This document shows positions 33,751 to 42,301 of a DNA stretch of 55,630 bases, piece by piece. A program made the translations under genes and the position numbers. Each line of letters begins with the position of its first letter. Positions within the stretch are counted from its first letter, which is position 1. The DNA is from a virus: IMG/VR virus record IMGVR_UViG_3300045988_032220, one strand, 5' to 3'. The notes below the pieces were generated by a model. It was not told where the DNA came from, ran no database searches, and saw only the letters and a list, made by a program, of their open reading frames with translations.

Positions 33751-34668
33751 ATGACGAACAATCAAATCATCCGCAACGAAGCCGCCCGGCTTGACCCCGC
33801 CACCCTGCACGCCATCGCCACCGCGCACCACACCCCGGACGAGATCGCCGCCATTGCCGCCGCTTGCAAGACCACCGACGAGAACGGCAACGAACAGCCC
33901 GCCACCGTGGCCGATGTCGAAATCATGCTTGCAGCCGACGAGCTGCACACGTTCGACCACTGGAAGAAAGAGGGTAAGAGCGTCAAAAAAGGCGAAAAGC
34001 ATCTTGTTTGCTGCTACCTCTGGAAGTACACCACGAAGCCCAGCAAAGAGCAGCGAGAAAAAGCAGCGGCAGAGGGTAAGGAAGCGGCCCCCGATCCGCA
34101 TTACTACCCCACGAAATCGCACTTGTTCAGCTGCTTACAGGTTGAAAGCAGCAAGCCCGCCCCGGCTGGCCGGTTTGGATCGACCGCCGCAATTATTGAG
34201 TATAACAAGAAGCTGGCAGCCGAACGGAAAGCGGCCAAAGCCGCAAAGGAAGCCGCCGAAAAGGCAAAGGCCGAAGCCCCCGCCCCGGTCATCATCGAAG
34301 AACACCACGAGTTGCCGGAACTGGTGCACGTCGATCCGCTGCCCACGAAAAAGGCCGCGGCAAAGAAGAAGCCCGCCGGGCCGAACATGAAAGAACTGAA
34401 AAACGCTTTCGTCAAGAACTATTCCCGCCTGTACCGGACCGACGACGACCACGAAAGCGGCGAGTTTTGCGACGCCGTGGACAAGTTCGACGAGTTGAGC
34501 GCCAACGATCCCCAGTTTGCCGCCACCGTCCAGAAGTTCAATAAATACATGGGCGACCTTATCAGCAGCGACCGCGAAGCCGCCGCGTTTGTAATGGCCC
34601 TTGACGATTTGGAAAAGGCAAAGATCCCCGAAATGGTTCCCAGTGTGCAGCAGCTTTGTTTTGCATAA
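33751..34668 (+). CDS. ArdC-N-like (ssDNA-binding/antirestriction-type) domain protein with Lys/Ala-rich linker (305 aa)
   Basis: LHTFDHWKKEGKSVKKGEKHLV resembles the TF-x-QW-x3-G-x-V-x-KGEK segment of ArdC-N/DUF1738. This is recollection only. Confidence 0.35.
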   Translation: MTNNQIIRNEAARLDPATLHAIATAHHTPDEIAAIAAACKTTDENGNEQPATVADVEIMLAADELHTFDHWKKEGKSVKKGEKHLVCCYLWKYTTKPSKEQREKAAAEGKEAAPDPHYYPTKSHLFSCLQVESSKPAPAGRFGSTAAIIEYNKKLAAERKAAKAAKEAAEKAKAEAPAPVIIEEHHELPELVHVDPLPTKKAAAKKKPAGPNMKELKNAFVKNYSRLYRTDDDHESGEFCDAVDKFDELSANDPQFAATVQKFNKYMGDLISSDREAAAFVMALDDLEKAKIPEMVPSVQQLCFA

Positions 34669-34675
34669 CACAAAA

Positions 34676-34742
34676 CGGACACCCCAGCAGGGCCGCACCG
34701 CTCAAAGCGGCCCCGCCCCACTTCCCACCGGCACCCCGCCGG
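34676..34742 (+). repeat. Intergenic repeat, type B copy 1
   Basis: CGGACACCCCAGCAGGGCCGCACCGCTCAAAGCGGCCCCGCCCCA with a perfect 7-bp stem GGGCCGC/GCGGCCC, followed by CCGGCACCCCGCCGG. Confidence 0.85.
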
Positions 34743-34788
34743 GGGATCGTCACGAAACACGAAAAACGAAAACAGGAGGCTTGAATTT

Positions 34789-35274
34789 ATGTCTTGCATG
34801 ATGCTTTCCCCCGCCCACATCGCCACCGTTGCGCACGGTCTGGCGTATCTGCTCAATCAATCCGAAATGTGCCAGCTTTCCGCCGCCGACGAATTGCGCG
34901 ACGCTCTGGGCGCTTGCAGATACCCGCACGATTTTCTGTATGACGACCGCCGAATCTACCCCGTTCTGTACCGGCACAACGAAGCCGCGTATGAAGGGCG
35001 CTATAAGGCAGAGCCGGACGAAACCGACGAAGTGCCAGCCATGCCGGACAATGTGCCGCACCTGCTGCACCGTCTGGACTACAACAAGCATTATTTTCTC
35101 GATGCTGATTTCTTCAAGTTCCTGAAGCTGCTTGACTGCTACATTTACCAGTGCGAAGAACAGGCCACGGCAGACACGAATTTACAGAAAGCGCTTGTAA
35201 AGACTTCAAACCACTTGTACGCATTCGCCGCCCAGCAGAATGCAGCGTACAACGCCGCGCCGTGGTGCATCTGA
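34789..35274 (+). CDS. Hypothetical protein (161 aa)
   Basis: RBS CAGGAGG. ORF is in operon orientation. Confidence 0.65.
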   Translation: MSCMMLSPAHIATVAHGLAYLLNQSEMCQLSAADELRDALGACRYPHDFLYDDRRIYPVLYRHNEAAYEGRYKAEPDETDEVPAMPDNVPHLLHRLDYNKHYFLDADFFKFLKLLDCYIYQCEEQATADTNLQKALVKTSNHLYAFAAQQNAAYNAAPWCI

Positions 35275-35280
35275 TCCGCG

Positions 35281-35333
35281 CCGGATACCTTGACGGGCCG
35301 CACCGTAAAGCGACCCGATCCCAGCCGAAAGGC
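35281..35333 (+). repeat. Intergenic repeat, type A copy 4
   Basis: CCGGATACCTTGACGGGCCGCACCGTAAAGCGACCCGATCCCA followed by GCCGAAAGGC. Confidence 0.85.
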
Positions 35334-35366
35334 ACAACACGAAACACGAAAAGGAGCAAACGAATT

Positions 35367-36287
35367 ATGACAACATACTATCCCATCAACGAAAATCTGG
35401 CCCGTGCTTCCCACGATATGCGCAGCATGAGCACCTACCCGGACGGCTACGCAACCAGAGAATACCGTGCCAGCGTGGACAAAGCCGCCGCTCTGGTCGA
35501 AGAAAAGAAGCAGAAAGTCAGCCCATACTATCACGAAAAGCTGGACGCGCTGCTTGACAGCTACGCCCGCCGCCTTGCACAGTGGACGGACGACCACAAC
35601 CGGAACGGTGCAAGCTGCCCCTCTGTGCTGGTGTGCGGTGCTGGTAACTTCCCGGTGCGAAAGAAGCAGAAGCAGAACGCCCGCGAGGATACGCTTTGGC
35701 ACGAATATGAAGAAATCGAAGCCATCTTGACGAAAATCAAGGCGGTTGGCACCGGCCCCGTTGATCTGGCCGACCCCCACGCCCGCGAACTGCTCACGGA
35801 TCAGCTGAACAAAGAGCAAGACCTGCTCGAATACTGCAAGGGTGCCAATGCCTATTACCGGAAGCACAAAACCTTGCGCGGCTATTCCAACATGAGCGAC
35901 GCGGCAGCCGATGCTCTCACCAACCCGGACGCCTTTTCAATGAGCCTGTACCGCAAGCCCTACGGTGATTTTGAGTTGACCAGCATCCGCGGCAAGATCA
36001 AGCGGATTCAGGCCCGCCTTGACGAACTCGACAAAGCGCAAGCCGCCGCTGCATCCGGCCCCGTTGAAGATCAGCACGACGGCTACACCTACCGCGAGAA
36101 CAACGAAATCATGCGCGTGCAATTCATCTTTCCCGGAAAGCCGGACGAAGAAACCCGCGCCATGCTCAAAGAGAACGGTTTCCGGTGGGCACCCAGTCAG
36201 GGCGCTTGGCAGCGCCAGCTTACCGCAAACGCCAAATATGCAGCGCACCGCGTCATGGAGTTTCTGGACGGCAACGAAAACGAATAA
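35367..36287 (+). CDS. DUF3560-like protein (306 aa)
   Basis: The C-terminal segment MRVQFIFPGKPDEETRAMLKENGFRWAPSQGAWQRQL matches the remembered DUF3560 signature (KP..R..LK..GFRW). That family is common on conjugative elements. Confidence 0.6.
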   Translation: MTTYYPINENLARASHDMRSMSTYPDGYATREYRASVDKAAALVEEKKQKVSPYYHEKLDALLDSYARRLAQWTDDHNRNGASCPSVLVCGAGNFPVRKKQKQNAREDTLWHEYEEIEAILTKIKAVGTGPVDLADPHARELLTDQLNKEQDLLEYCKGANAYYRKHKTLRGYSNMSDAAADALTNPDAFSMSLYRKPYGDFELTSIRGKIKRIQARLDELDKAQAAAASGPVEDQHDGYTYRENNEIMRVQFIFPGKPDEETRAMLKENGFRWAPSQGAWQRQLTANAKYAAHRVMEFLDGNENE

Positions 36288-36293
36288 TAAAAG

Positions 36294-36361
36294 CGGACAC
36301 CCCAGCAGGGCCGCACCGATTCAAAGCGGCCCCGCCCCATCTTCCCGGCATAAATGTCGGG
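36294..36361 (+). repeat. Intergenic repeat, type B copy 2
   Basis: CGGACACCCCAGCAGGGCCGCACCGATTCAAAGCGGCCCCGCCCCA followed by CCCGGCATAAATGTCGGG. Confidence 0.85.
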
Positions 36362-36393
36362 AACATCACGAAAACGAAAAGGAGCTATGAACC

Positions 36394-36651
36394 ATGACAG
36401 CCAAACAGCAAAGCACCGAATCCGGCGGCGGTCTGCGCACCGTCACCCTCACCGCTGACCAGTGGAACACCCTGTATTTCTACCTTCTCACTTCCACGAA
36501 GTACCGCAACGGCGAAATTGAAGCGTGGGAAAGGCTGGCCCTTGAAACGAACGAGGACGGTTCCCCAAAGTTCATCCACGCCGCCGACAATGCGCGTTAT
36601 CTCCGGGATCAGGAAAAGACGCTGCACGAAATCGCACAAAGCATCTGCTGA
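36394..36651 (+). CDS. Hypothetical protein (85 aa)
   Basis: RBS AAAAGGAG. Confidence 0.6.
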   Translation: MTAKQQSTESGGGLRTVTLTADQWNTLYFYLLTSTKYRNGEIEAWERLALETNEDGSPKFIHAADNARYLRDQEKTLHEIAQSIC

Positions 36652-36753
36652 CAACCCGACCCGCCGGGGAAAATAGGAGAATTGATTTCATTTTGTAGTC
36701 GGTTGAATGCCGCCCCACTGCCCGCCGGGGTGAATCACGAAAGGACGAAACGA

Positions 36754-36942
36754 ATGTACTACTTCATTTACTGCAAAGGCCCCAACGAAAAGCGCTTCAC
36801 GCTTTGCAATCCATGGAAAGGCACACGCGGCATGGGCAAAGTATATGCGCCGCGCTTCCTCAAGGATCAAGCCGACTATGCCGTTGCATGGATGGCCGAG
36901 CACAACCCCGGCTTTATCTTCCAGCGCCGCCCGGCACGCTGA
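36754..36942 (+). CDS. Hypothetical protein (62 aa)
   Basis: ATG preceded by CACGAAAGGACGAAACGA. Confidence 0.5.
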   Translation: MYYFIYCKGPNEKRFTLCNPWKGTRGMGKVYAPRFLKDQADYAVAWMAEHNPGFIFQRRPAR

Positions 36943-36973
36943 ACATCACCACCACGAAAAGGAGCAACGAACC

Positions 36974-37291
36974 ATGACAACCAACGAACGCTTTCTCTCA
37001 GTCCTGCATAGGATCACTTCCTGCCGCCACTTGGCCACCGTCAACATAACGATCTGGAACGGGCGCATTGAAGTCCGGCATACCGTTTTCGATGAAATGT
37101 ACATCCTGCGCAGCTTTCCCCTGCCCAACACCCACAACGAATATTGCGCCTACATGGCGGTTGCCTGCCGGTGTCTGTCCGACAAGCTGCTTTCGTGGGC
37201 AAGCGAGTACGACCACGGCAACGACGTTCTGAACAAGCAGTACGACACCGTGAACAAAGCCTTTCGCAAGCGCTTAGAGGAACAAGAATGA
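36974..37291 (+). CDS. Hypothetical protein (105 aa)
   Basis: ATG preceded by AAAAGGAGCAACGAACC. Confidence 0.6.
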   Translation: MTTNERFLSVLHRITSCRHLATVNITIWNGRIEVRHTVFDEMYILRSFPLPNTHNEYCAYMAVACRCLSDKLLSWASEYDHGNDVLNKQYDTVNKAFRKRLEEQE

Positions 37292-37514
37292 CCCGCGCCC
37301 CGGTTCCATGCCGGGGCATCTTGTGATATACTTTCACTAACGAAATTGGACTTTTTCATCACGAAAAGTTCAATTCCAACAACGAATTTGCAAAAAAGGG
37401 GGCATTTTTACGAACGAAGTCGAATTTTTTGCGCCTTGGCGTCTGGTTGCCAGTTTTTCCGACGGCACCCGCGCCACGTTCGACGGTCTGACCGAGGAGC
37501 AAGCCCACGCCGCA

Positions 37515-37772
37515 ATGGAAGCTGCCCAGACCGAGCACGGCGACATTGGCTATTGGAACCGTGTCACGGATGTAAACTATGAGGACGGCCAGTATTGCGG
37601 CACCCTGCAGGAACCGCCCACGGTTCATGTTGTGGATTTTTCCGGGTATGACGGGCCGCTGGACGAAAACGGCTTTCCTGTTGGCCTGCCGAACGAAATC
37701 GCCGAGTACATGAAGCAGCACGGCGAACCGCCCACCGTTCCAAAAATCATCATCAAGAAAAACGAACCATAA
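37515..37772 (+). CDS. Hypothetical protein (85 aa from ATG; frame open from 37341 with protein-like sequence, so the true start may be upstream and non-ATG)
   Basis: The upstream in-frame sequence FAPWRLVASFSDGTRATFDGLTEEQAHAA looks coding. AAAAAAGGGGG lies at 37392-37402. Confidence 0.55.
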   Translation: MEAAQTEHGDIGYWNRVTDVNYEDGQYCGTLQEPPTVHVVDFSGYDGPLDENGFPVGLPNEIAEYMKQHGEPPTVPKIIIKKNEP

Positions 37773-37778
37773 ACGCAC

Positions 37779-37821
37779 GAAATCCCTCGACGGAATTACC
37801 CGCCGGGGGATTTCTGTTTTT
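37779..37821 (+). terminator. Intrinsic terminator ending the plus-strand operon
   Basis: GAAATCCC (37779-37786) pairs with GGGATTTC (37807-37814), followed by TGTTTTT. Confidence 0.5.
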
Positions 37822-38020
37822 GACGATTCGCAAGTTTGTTTTTCTGAGCGGTTCGGAGGTTTCGCGGAAGCCCTTCATTCTGCACGCGCATAAATTCGCT
37901 TCATTCTCTACCCTATAGGGTCTTTCCGGCACGAATTAAGAACGCCGAAATTCGATTCTAAGACCCCGTTTTCGTAGATTTTCTATCAAAAATCAGGCAT
38001 AAGCCATTTTACGGTCCCTT

Positions 38021-38521
38021 TTAATCGCGCGCGTCATACGCGCGTGAGAGCAGTTCTTCGACCATCGGGACTTCATCCAGCATGGAACCCAGAACGACCA
38101 GCGCGAACTTTTCCCACCGCTGGGCTGTGATCTCTGTTTTTCTCAGTTCGCGGGCTATGGTTTTCCAGCCTTTTTGTAACGACGGATCACTGTAGACATA
38201 CCGCCCGCACAGGATCGTTTTGTAACGACTGTTCAGCCGGTCTAATTGCCCCCGGATCGTGGTCTGATCCGCACGGAGAACATCCTGCCGAACACGAAGT
38301 TCATTTTCCCGGCGCTGGCACTCCACATCATCGGCCAGTTTCACAGCCAGCGACGCGGTACTATCTCCCGGCGTGCTGCCGTGCGGCATACCGTCCATAG
38401 CAATGCCCTTGATGGGATTGTAGCGGTCTCGCAGTTCTGCCAGCTCAATGTTGACATCATCAAGCTGTGCTTCAATCCCGCCAAAGTAGCGCAAAATCAT
38501 TTTCGTTTCTTCTGCCTGCAT
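38021..38521 (-). CDS. Sigma-70 region-4-like / ArpU-RinA-type putative late transcription regulator (166 aa)
   Basis: The C-terminal segment ILCGRYVYSDPSLQKGWKTIARELRKTEITAQRWEKFALVVL resembles a region-4 HTH. It is the last gene of the early operon. Confidence 0.45.
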   Translation of the reverse strand: MQAEETKMILRYFGGIEAQLDDVNIELAELRDRYNPIKGIAMDGMPHGSTPGDSTASLAVKLADDVECQRRENELRVRQDVLRADQTTIRGQLDRLNSRYKTILCGRYVYSDPSLQKGWKTIARELRKTEITAQRWEKFALVVLGSMLDEVPMVEELLSRAYDARD

Positions 38522-38545
38522 TTTGCCCTCCTACGCTCCGTACCG

Positions 38546-39163
38546 TCAAAATTCTGTCGAGAAGATAGGCCCTGCACCGGGCACACGCGCAACCTCCGTA
38601 CTGCCGCCGGTCATCTGGGCGACACACCGGCCCAGTTTGGTATACGCCACATACTCCCCGTCTTTTGCCCATTCGAGGAACTGTTCATAGTTTTTTCTGG
38701 CTTCTTCCACGGTGCTGTTGATCTGGGCACGATCATAGCCCATAGAATCCAGCGCTTCGATGAAGAACCGGATCACGAGATCACCAGCGGCACGCCGTTC
38801 GGCCAGCGCGTCTTTTTCACGCTGTTTGCGCGGGTATTGTCCCGCCGGGAGGACAAACGGCTTATCCAGCATCGGTGCTGTGCGCTCTCTCAGCTTCTCG
38901 CGGGCTTTCGGCTGCCCATATGCGCTCATTTCAACCGTGTATACCTCTGCCCGGTGGTTCATTTCCGTGCAAAGCCGCTCCTGCTTGTCCCGGTTGAAAT
39001 CTAGCGTGTCATTGGCGGCGATCATGGTGCAGTAGCTCACCACCTCGCCAACGGCCTGCCGGTTCAGCGTCAGGTTCTTTCTGGTGTTTACCTTTTCGGC
39101 GCACCGGGCAAAGGCATTCTGTGCCATATGCATAGACACTGCCCTTGGGATTCCTCTGCTCAT
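38546..39163 (-). CDS. Hypothetical protein (205 aa)
   Basis: ORF in the early operon. Confidence 0.6.
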   Translation of the reverse strand: MSRGIPRAVSMHMAQNAFARCAEKVNTRKNLTLNRQAVGEVVSYCTMIAANDTLDFNRDKQERLCTEMNHRAEVYTVEMSAYGQPKAREKLRERTAPMLDKPFVLPAGQYPRKQREKDALAERRAAGDLVIRFFIEALDSMGYDRAQINSTVEEARKNYEQFLEWAKDGEYVAYTKLGRCVAQMTGGSTEVARVPGAGPIFSTEF

Positions 39164-39169
39164 GATGTT

Positions 39170-39679
39170 TCATCCTTTCCTTTCGGTCTGTTGGGCGCAC
39201 TTCTTCCATGCTTTGATTTCTGCTGCAGTATCAGGGGTAATGTGTTCCACAAAGCGCCAGCCCCGCGGCTCCGCCACAAGGTCGATGAACATACGGCGGC
39301 GGTGGATGTAATCGCGCTGCTGCCGCCGGGTGAATTTGCTTTTCACCTCTACAACCTCAACTGTGCCATCTGCATAAGTCAGCACAAAATCTGGGGTATA
39401 GTGCATCGCCGGTAGTTTCACATTGCCGTATTCTTTTTCGGGCAGCATGGTAAACCTGCGGTGCGATTCCACCTTCACGATCTCCCCGCGCTGGACTTTT
39501 GGCAGAATCATTCCCATGTAGTAGTCGTACTCGCCCCTGCTGTCAAACTCCCGTCCTGTTATCTTGGCGGCTGCAGCCACGGCTTCCAGCGTCGGTGCTT
39601 TTGCTCTGCATCTGGCCGCAATCTGTGCTTCCGCCTGTGCCCGATACTTTGGTGGCAGGTCAGAAAGTTCCATCCTCAT
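39170..39679 (-). CDS. DUF1064-like PD-(D/E)xK nuclease (169 aa)
   Basis: FDSRGEYDYY...YTPDFVLTYADGTVEVVEVKSK. The ORF-track N-terminal extension overlaps the Rep gene, so the start is set at ATG 39679. Confidence 0.65.
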   Translation of the reverse strand: MRMELSDLPPKYRAQAEAQIAARCRAKAPTLEAVAAAAKITGREFDSRGEYDYYMGMILPKVQRGEIVKVESHRRFTMLPEKEYGNVKLPAMHYTPDFVLTYADGTVEVVEVKSKFTRRQQRDYIHRRRMFIDLVAEPRGWRFVEHITPDTAAEIKAWKKCAQQTERKG

Positions 39680-39681
39680 AC

Positions 39682-40515
39682 TCAAGGCCGGTTCCTCCTG
39701 TTCTGCTGCATCCCAGTCTCTTTGCGATATAGGCGCACGATCAGGTGCCGGGTGTTGTTGCCGGTGATTATGGGTTCGCAGTAGTGCAGGGTGTATCCGG
39801 GGTACATCTTCTCCCAGAATGCACGATCTTCCAGACGGTTCTCGCAAACATCTTTCAGCTTGGTGCGGCTCATTTTCCCATCGTTCGGGCGGGGCATTTT
39901 CGGCGGTTTCAGCCCGCGGCTCTGCCGCCAATGGCGCTTGCACCTCACATTCTTCATGATGTACTTTGCAAGGCTCGTGATGTAGCCATGATCGAAGTGT
40001 AGAGGTTCGCAACGGGCCATTCCGCGCCCGCTCCACGCTTCCTCTACCATTTCACGGGTCAGACCGTAAACGCGCTGCATAATGACATGGTGATGGTGCT
40101 TTCCCACCCACACCCCGTCAACATACGTCGAGTATTCATGCACGACGATCCACTTCGGGTGCCGAATGTCTTTTTTATCGCACATCCGGTATAGCTTTTT
40201 CATGGCGGCGGAAAAATCCTTATCCACACGCTTTGTGTCCGCCGGGTCGGGCCGGTGTTCATCGTCATAGGTGTATGTAACAGAATAATCGCTCTTGTGG
40301 AAGTTGCGCTGAACCAACAGCTCTAAATACCGTCCACTTTTTCGCAAATTGTACGCTTCCTTCGCAATGGAGCTTGCCAGCTCTTTTTTCTTGCGGGTGC
40401 TGGCCTTGTGCTGCTGTTCCGTGATCTCGAAAAAATCCACCTGCATGGTGTCAGCCGTGGCATAGTCTTTGCCGCAGATAAATTTTTGCTCTCGTACTCT
40501 GAATCCCGCGGTCAT
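39682..40515 (-). CDS. HUH-type rolling-circle replication initiator (Rep)
   Basis: HUH-like GKHHHHVIM and Tyr motif SLAKYIMKN. ATG at 40515 is preceded by AAGGAGG; the alternative is GTG at 40542. Confidence 0.65.
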   Translation of the reverse strand: MTAGFRVREQKFICGKDYATADTMQVDFFEITEQQHKASTRKKKELASSIAKEAYNLRKSGRYLELLVQRNFHKSDYSVTYTYDDEHRPDPADTKRVDKDFSAAMKKLYRMCDKKDIRHPKWIVVHEYSTYVDGVWVGKHHHHVIMQRVYGLTREMVEEAWSGRGMARCEPLHFDHGYITSLAKYIMKNVRCKRHWRQSRGLKPPKMPRPNDGKMSRTKLKDVCENRLEDRAFWEKMYPGYTLHYCEPIITGNNTRHLIVRLYRKETGMQQNRRNRP

Positions 40516-40828
40516 ACTCTCCACGTCCTCCTTTCCGTACACGTCATGGAATTTTCTGAATCTTGAACCACAAACACGAGAAGGGAACGATGCAGAGGAA
40601 CAACACCGGGCCGCGTTCCCTACGATCCTGCTTCCGGCAAGCCATCAGAACGCTGCCCTCGTTTTCCCTCTGCACTCCCTTTCCCCGCCGGGGGAAAGCT
40701 CCTGTTTTTCTCTGATTTCTCAGAATGTCCCTTAGTTTAGCTCCGATATACAAGCCCCTTGCCGCCTCGTCAGGGCGGCAATTTAACGACGGACGCTCTT
40801 TATATATAAGGTAAAGGGCTTGTCTTGC

Positions 40829-40981
40829 TTATTTCAGCAGGGCGAATTTGAACCAATCCGGCAGGTCGGATGCTGCAATAAAATACTTTACCACCAGCAC
40901 CACGGCAAGAATAATCACCGGTGCCAGCAGGTACAGCCAGCCGATAGCGTAAGCGCCGAACTCACTTTTCTTCTTTTTCAT
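40829..40981 (-). CDS. Small membrane protein (50 aa)
   Basis: MKKKKSEFGAYAIGWLYLLAPVIILAVVLVVKYFIAASDL has a single TM segment. Confidence 0.4.
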   Translation of the reverse strand: MKKKKSEFGAYAIGWLYLLAPVIILAVVLVVKYFIAASDLPDWFKFALLK

Positions 40982-41117
40982 CACTATCTTCCCTTCCTTC
41001 CCACACAGGGCAGCTATCTTCCGGGTCTGTGAAATCCGCCCGATGCTCAGAATTTCCATTGAAGCACACCCATGAAAAGTTATCATGCCATGCGCAGGTG
41101 AAACACTCTTTTTCCAT
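40962..41117 (-). CDS. Small Cys-rich protein (51 aa)
   Basis: Hand-translated MEKECFTCAWHDNFSWVCFNGNSEHRADFTDPEDSCPVWEGREDSDEKEEK. Its ATG overlaps the upstream stop (TGATG). Confidence 0.4.
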   Translation of the reverse strand: MEKECFTCAWHDNFSWVCFNGNSEHRADFTDPEDSCPVWEGREDSDEKEEK

Positions 41118-41581
41118 CACTCACGTTCCTCCCAGTTCCAGCAGGAAGCTTCCCGGCCTGTCACAGGCTGAGAATGATGTTTGTTGAAACACGTCCCGTC
41201 CCGCAAATGCCACCTGCAAAATTCACAGCTTTTGTGTAAAGTGACTTTTGCGCCGCACTCTGGGCAGTGCTTAAACGTGTACTCGCAAAGTTCTTTCTCC
41301 CCGTCGTCCGGGTCGATTTTGATTTGCTTCCAGTCCTCAACGTGAATGCCGCACTTGTGGCAAATAAATTCGTCGCAGTCTACGTAGTCCCGGTTCTCGT
41401 TGTATGTCAGCGGTTGCAGGCTCTCCGGGGCAATGGTCGGTTCGGCATTCAAACTGCCCTCGATCATCTGCACTACACTGGTTTTGATTTTCCCGTGTGT
41501 CAGCTCCCCTTTCAGTGCATACTCTATGTTCTTGAGCACCTGCATGAAATGGTTTGCATCAACCAGACGTTTTTCTTCCAT
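41117..41581 (-). CDS. Zinc-ribbon containing hypothetical protein (154 aa)
   Basis: CHKCG...CPECG...CEFC motifs. Confidence 0.6.
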   Translation of the reverse strand: MEEKRLVDANHFMQVLKNIEYALKGELTHGKIKTSVVQMIEGSLNAEPTIAPESLQPLTYNENRDYVDCDEFICHKCGIHVEDWKQIKIDPDDGEKELCEYTFKHCPECGAKVTLHKSCEFCRWHLRDGTCFNKHHSQPVTGREASCWNWEERE

Positions 41582-41804
41582 TTTCTTTTCCCGCTTTCTT
41601 TCTGGGCGTTCGCTTCTTCTTGGGCAAATCCGGTATTGTTACCACAACATCCCTTTGTTTCTCCATTTCCGCCGGGATTGCCTCAACCAGACTTTTGAAT
41701 TTTTGCAAGGTTTGAACCTCCGTCGCCGCGAAAATGAACTGCGCCAGTTCTTCCGGTGTTCCCTGCTGGACGGAATGACCGTCCGGGTATGTTGTGATCG
41801 TCAT
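41559..41804 (-). CDS. Hypothetical protein (81 aa)
   Basis: ORF in operon. Confidence 0.5.
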   Translation of the reverse strand: MTITTYPDGHSVQQGTPEELAQFIFAATEVQTLQKFKSLVEAIPAEMEKQRDVVVTIPDLPKKKRTPRKKAGKENGRKTSG

Positions 41805-42292
41805 TTTTCTTCGCCTTTCAGTTTCAGTTCCACTTTCGGCATGGGCTGATCCGAACGGTTCATCGGTTCATAGAAATCGACCCACTGTCCACCCTCCGGG
41901 AAGTCGTGCCACGCAAGCGCGTACCGGATCGTCAGCCAAACGGTTTCTGCTCTGTATGCTTCTTTCATGGTTGTGTCGATAGATGCAGGCGGAACATTCT
42001 GTCTCCAAAGTGCGTCCATGCCCTGCCGCATCTGGTTACGAAGCCGCATACACTTGAGAAAATCCGCTTCGTGGTCTTTATGAAACTGCTTTCGTTCTTC
42101 GGTCGTGTGACACTGCTTTTCCATCTTGTCCACATAATCCCAGCAGCAAACCTCATTGGTGAAGTCCTCAAACTGGCCCATGCGGAACCGGAGGTATTCT
42201 TCGCACGCCTGCTTCACGGCCTGTGCTGTCTCCCGGCTCATGGTGATGGTCACGGCCTCAACCTCTGCCGGGGTCTTATTTTTTGTTACCAT
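41801..42292 (-). CDS. Hypothetical protein (163 aa)
   Basis: ORF in operon. Confidence 0.6.
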   Translation of the reverse strand: MVTKNKTPAEVEAVTITMSRETAQAVKQACEEYLRFRMGQFEDFTNEVCCWDYVDKMEKQCHTTEERKQFHKDHEADFLKCMRLRNQMRQGMDALWRQNVPPASIDTTMKEAYRAETVWLTIRYALAWHDFPEGGQWVDFYEPMNRSDQPMPKVELKLKGEEK

Positions 42293-42301
42293 TCTGTCAC
42301 C

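Noticed and set aside
32455-36365. The regularly recurring intergenic repeats considered as a CRISPR array
   Set aside because: The units between repeats are 160-920 bp and are protein-coding genes with RBSs. The repeats are 43-46 nt of two subtypes and are not evenly spaced. No cas genes are present.
39680-40036. N-terminal 119-aa extension of the DUF1064-like ORF (ORF-track 39170-40036)
   Set aside because: It overlaps the 3' end of the Rep gene in another frame with Pro/Glu/His-rich junk sequence. An internal ATG at 39679, directly after the Rep stop, gives the family-typical length.
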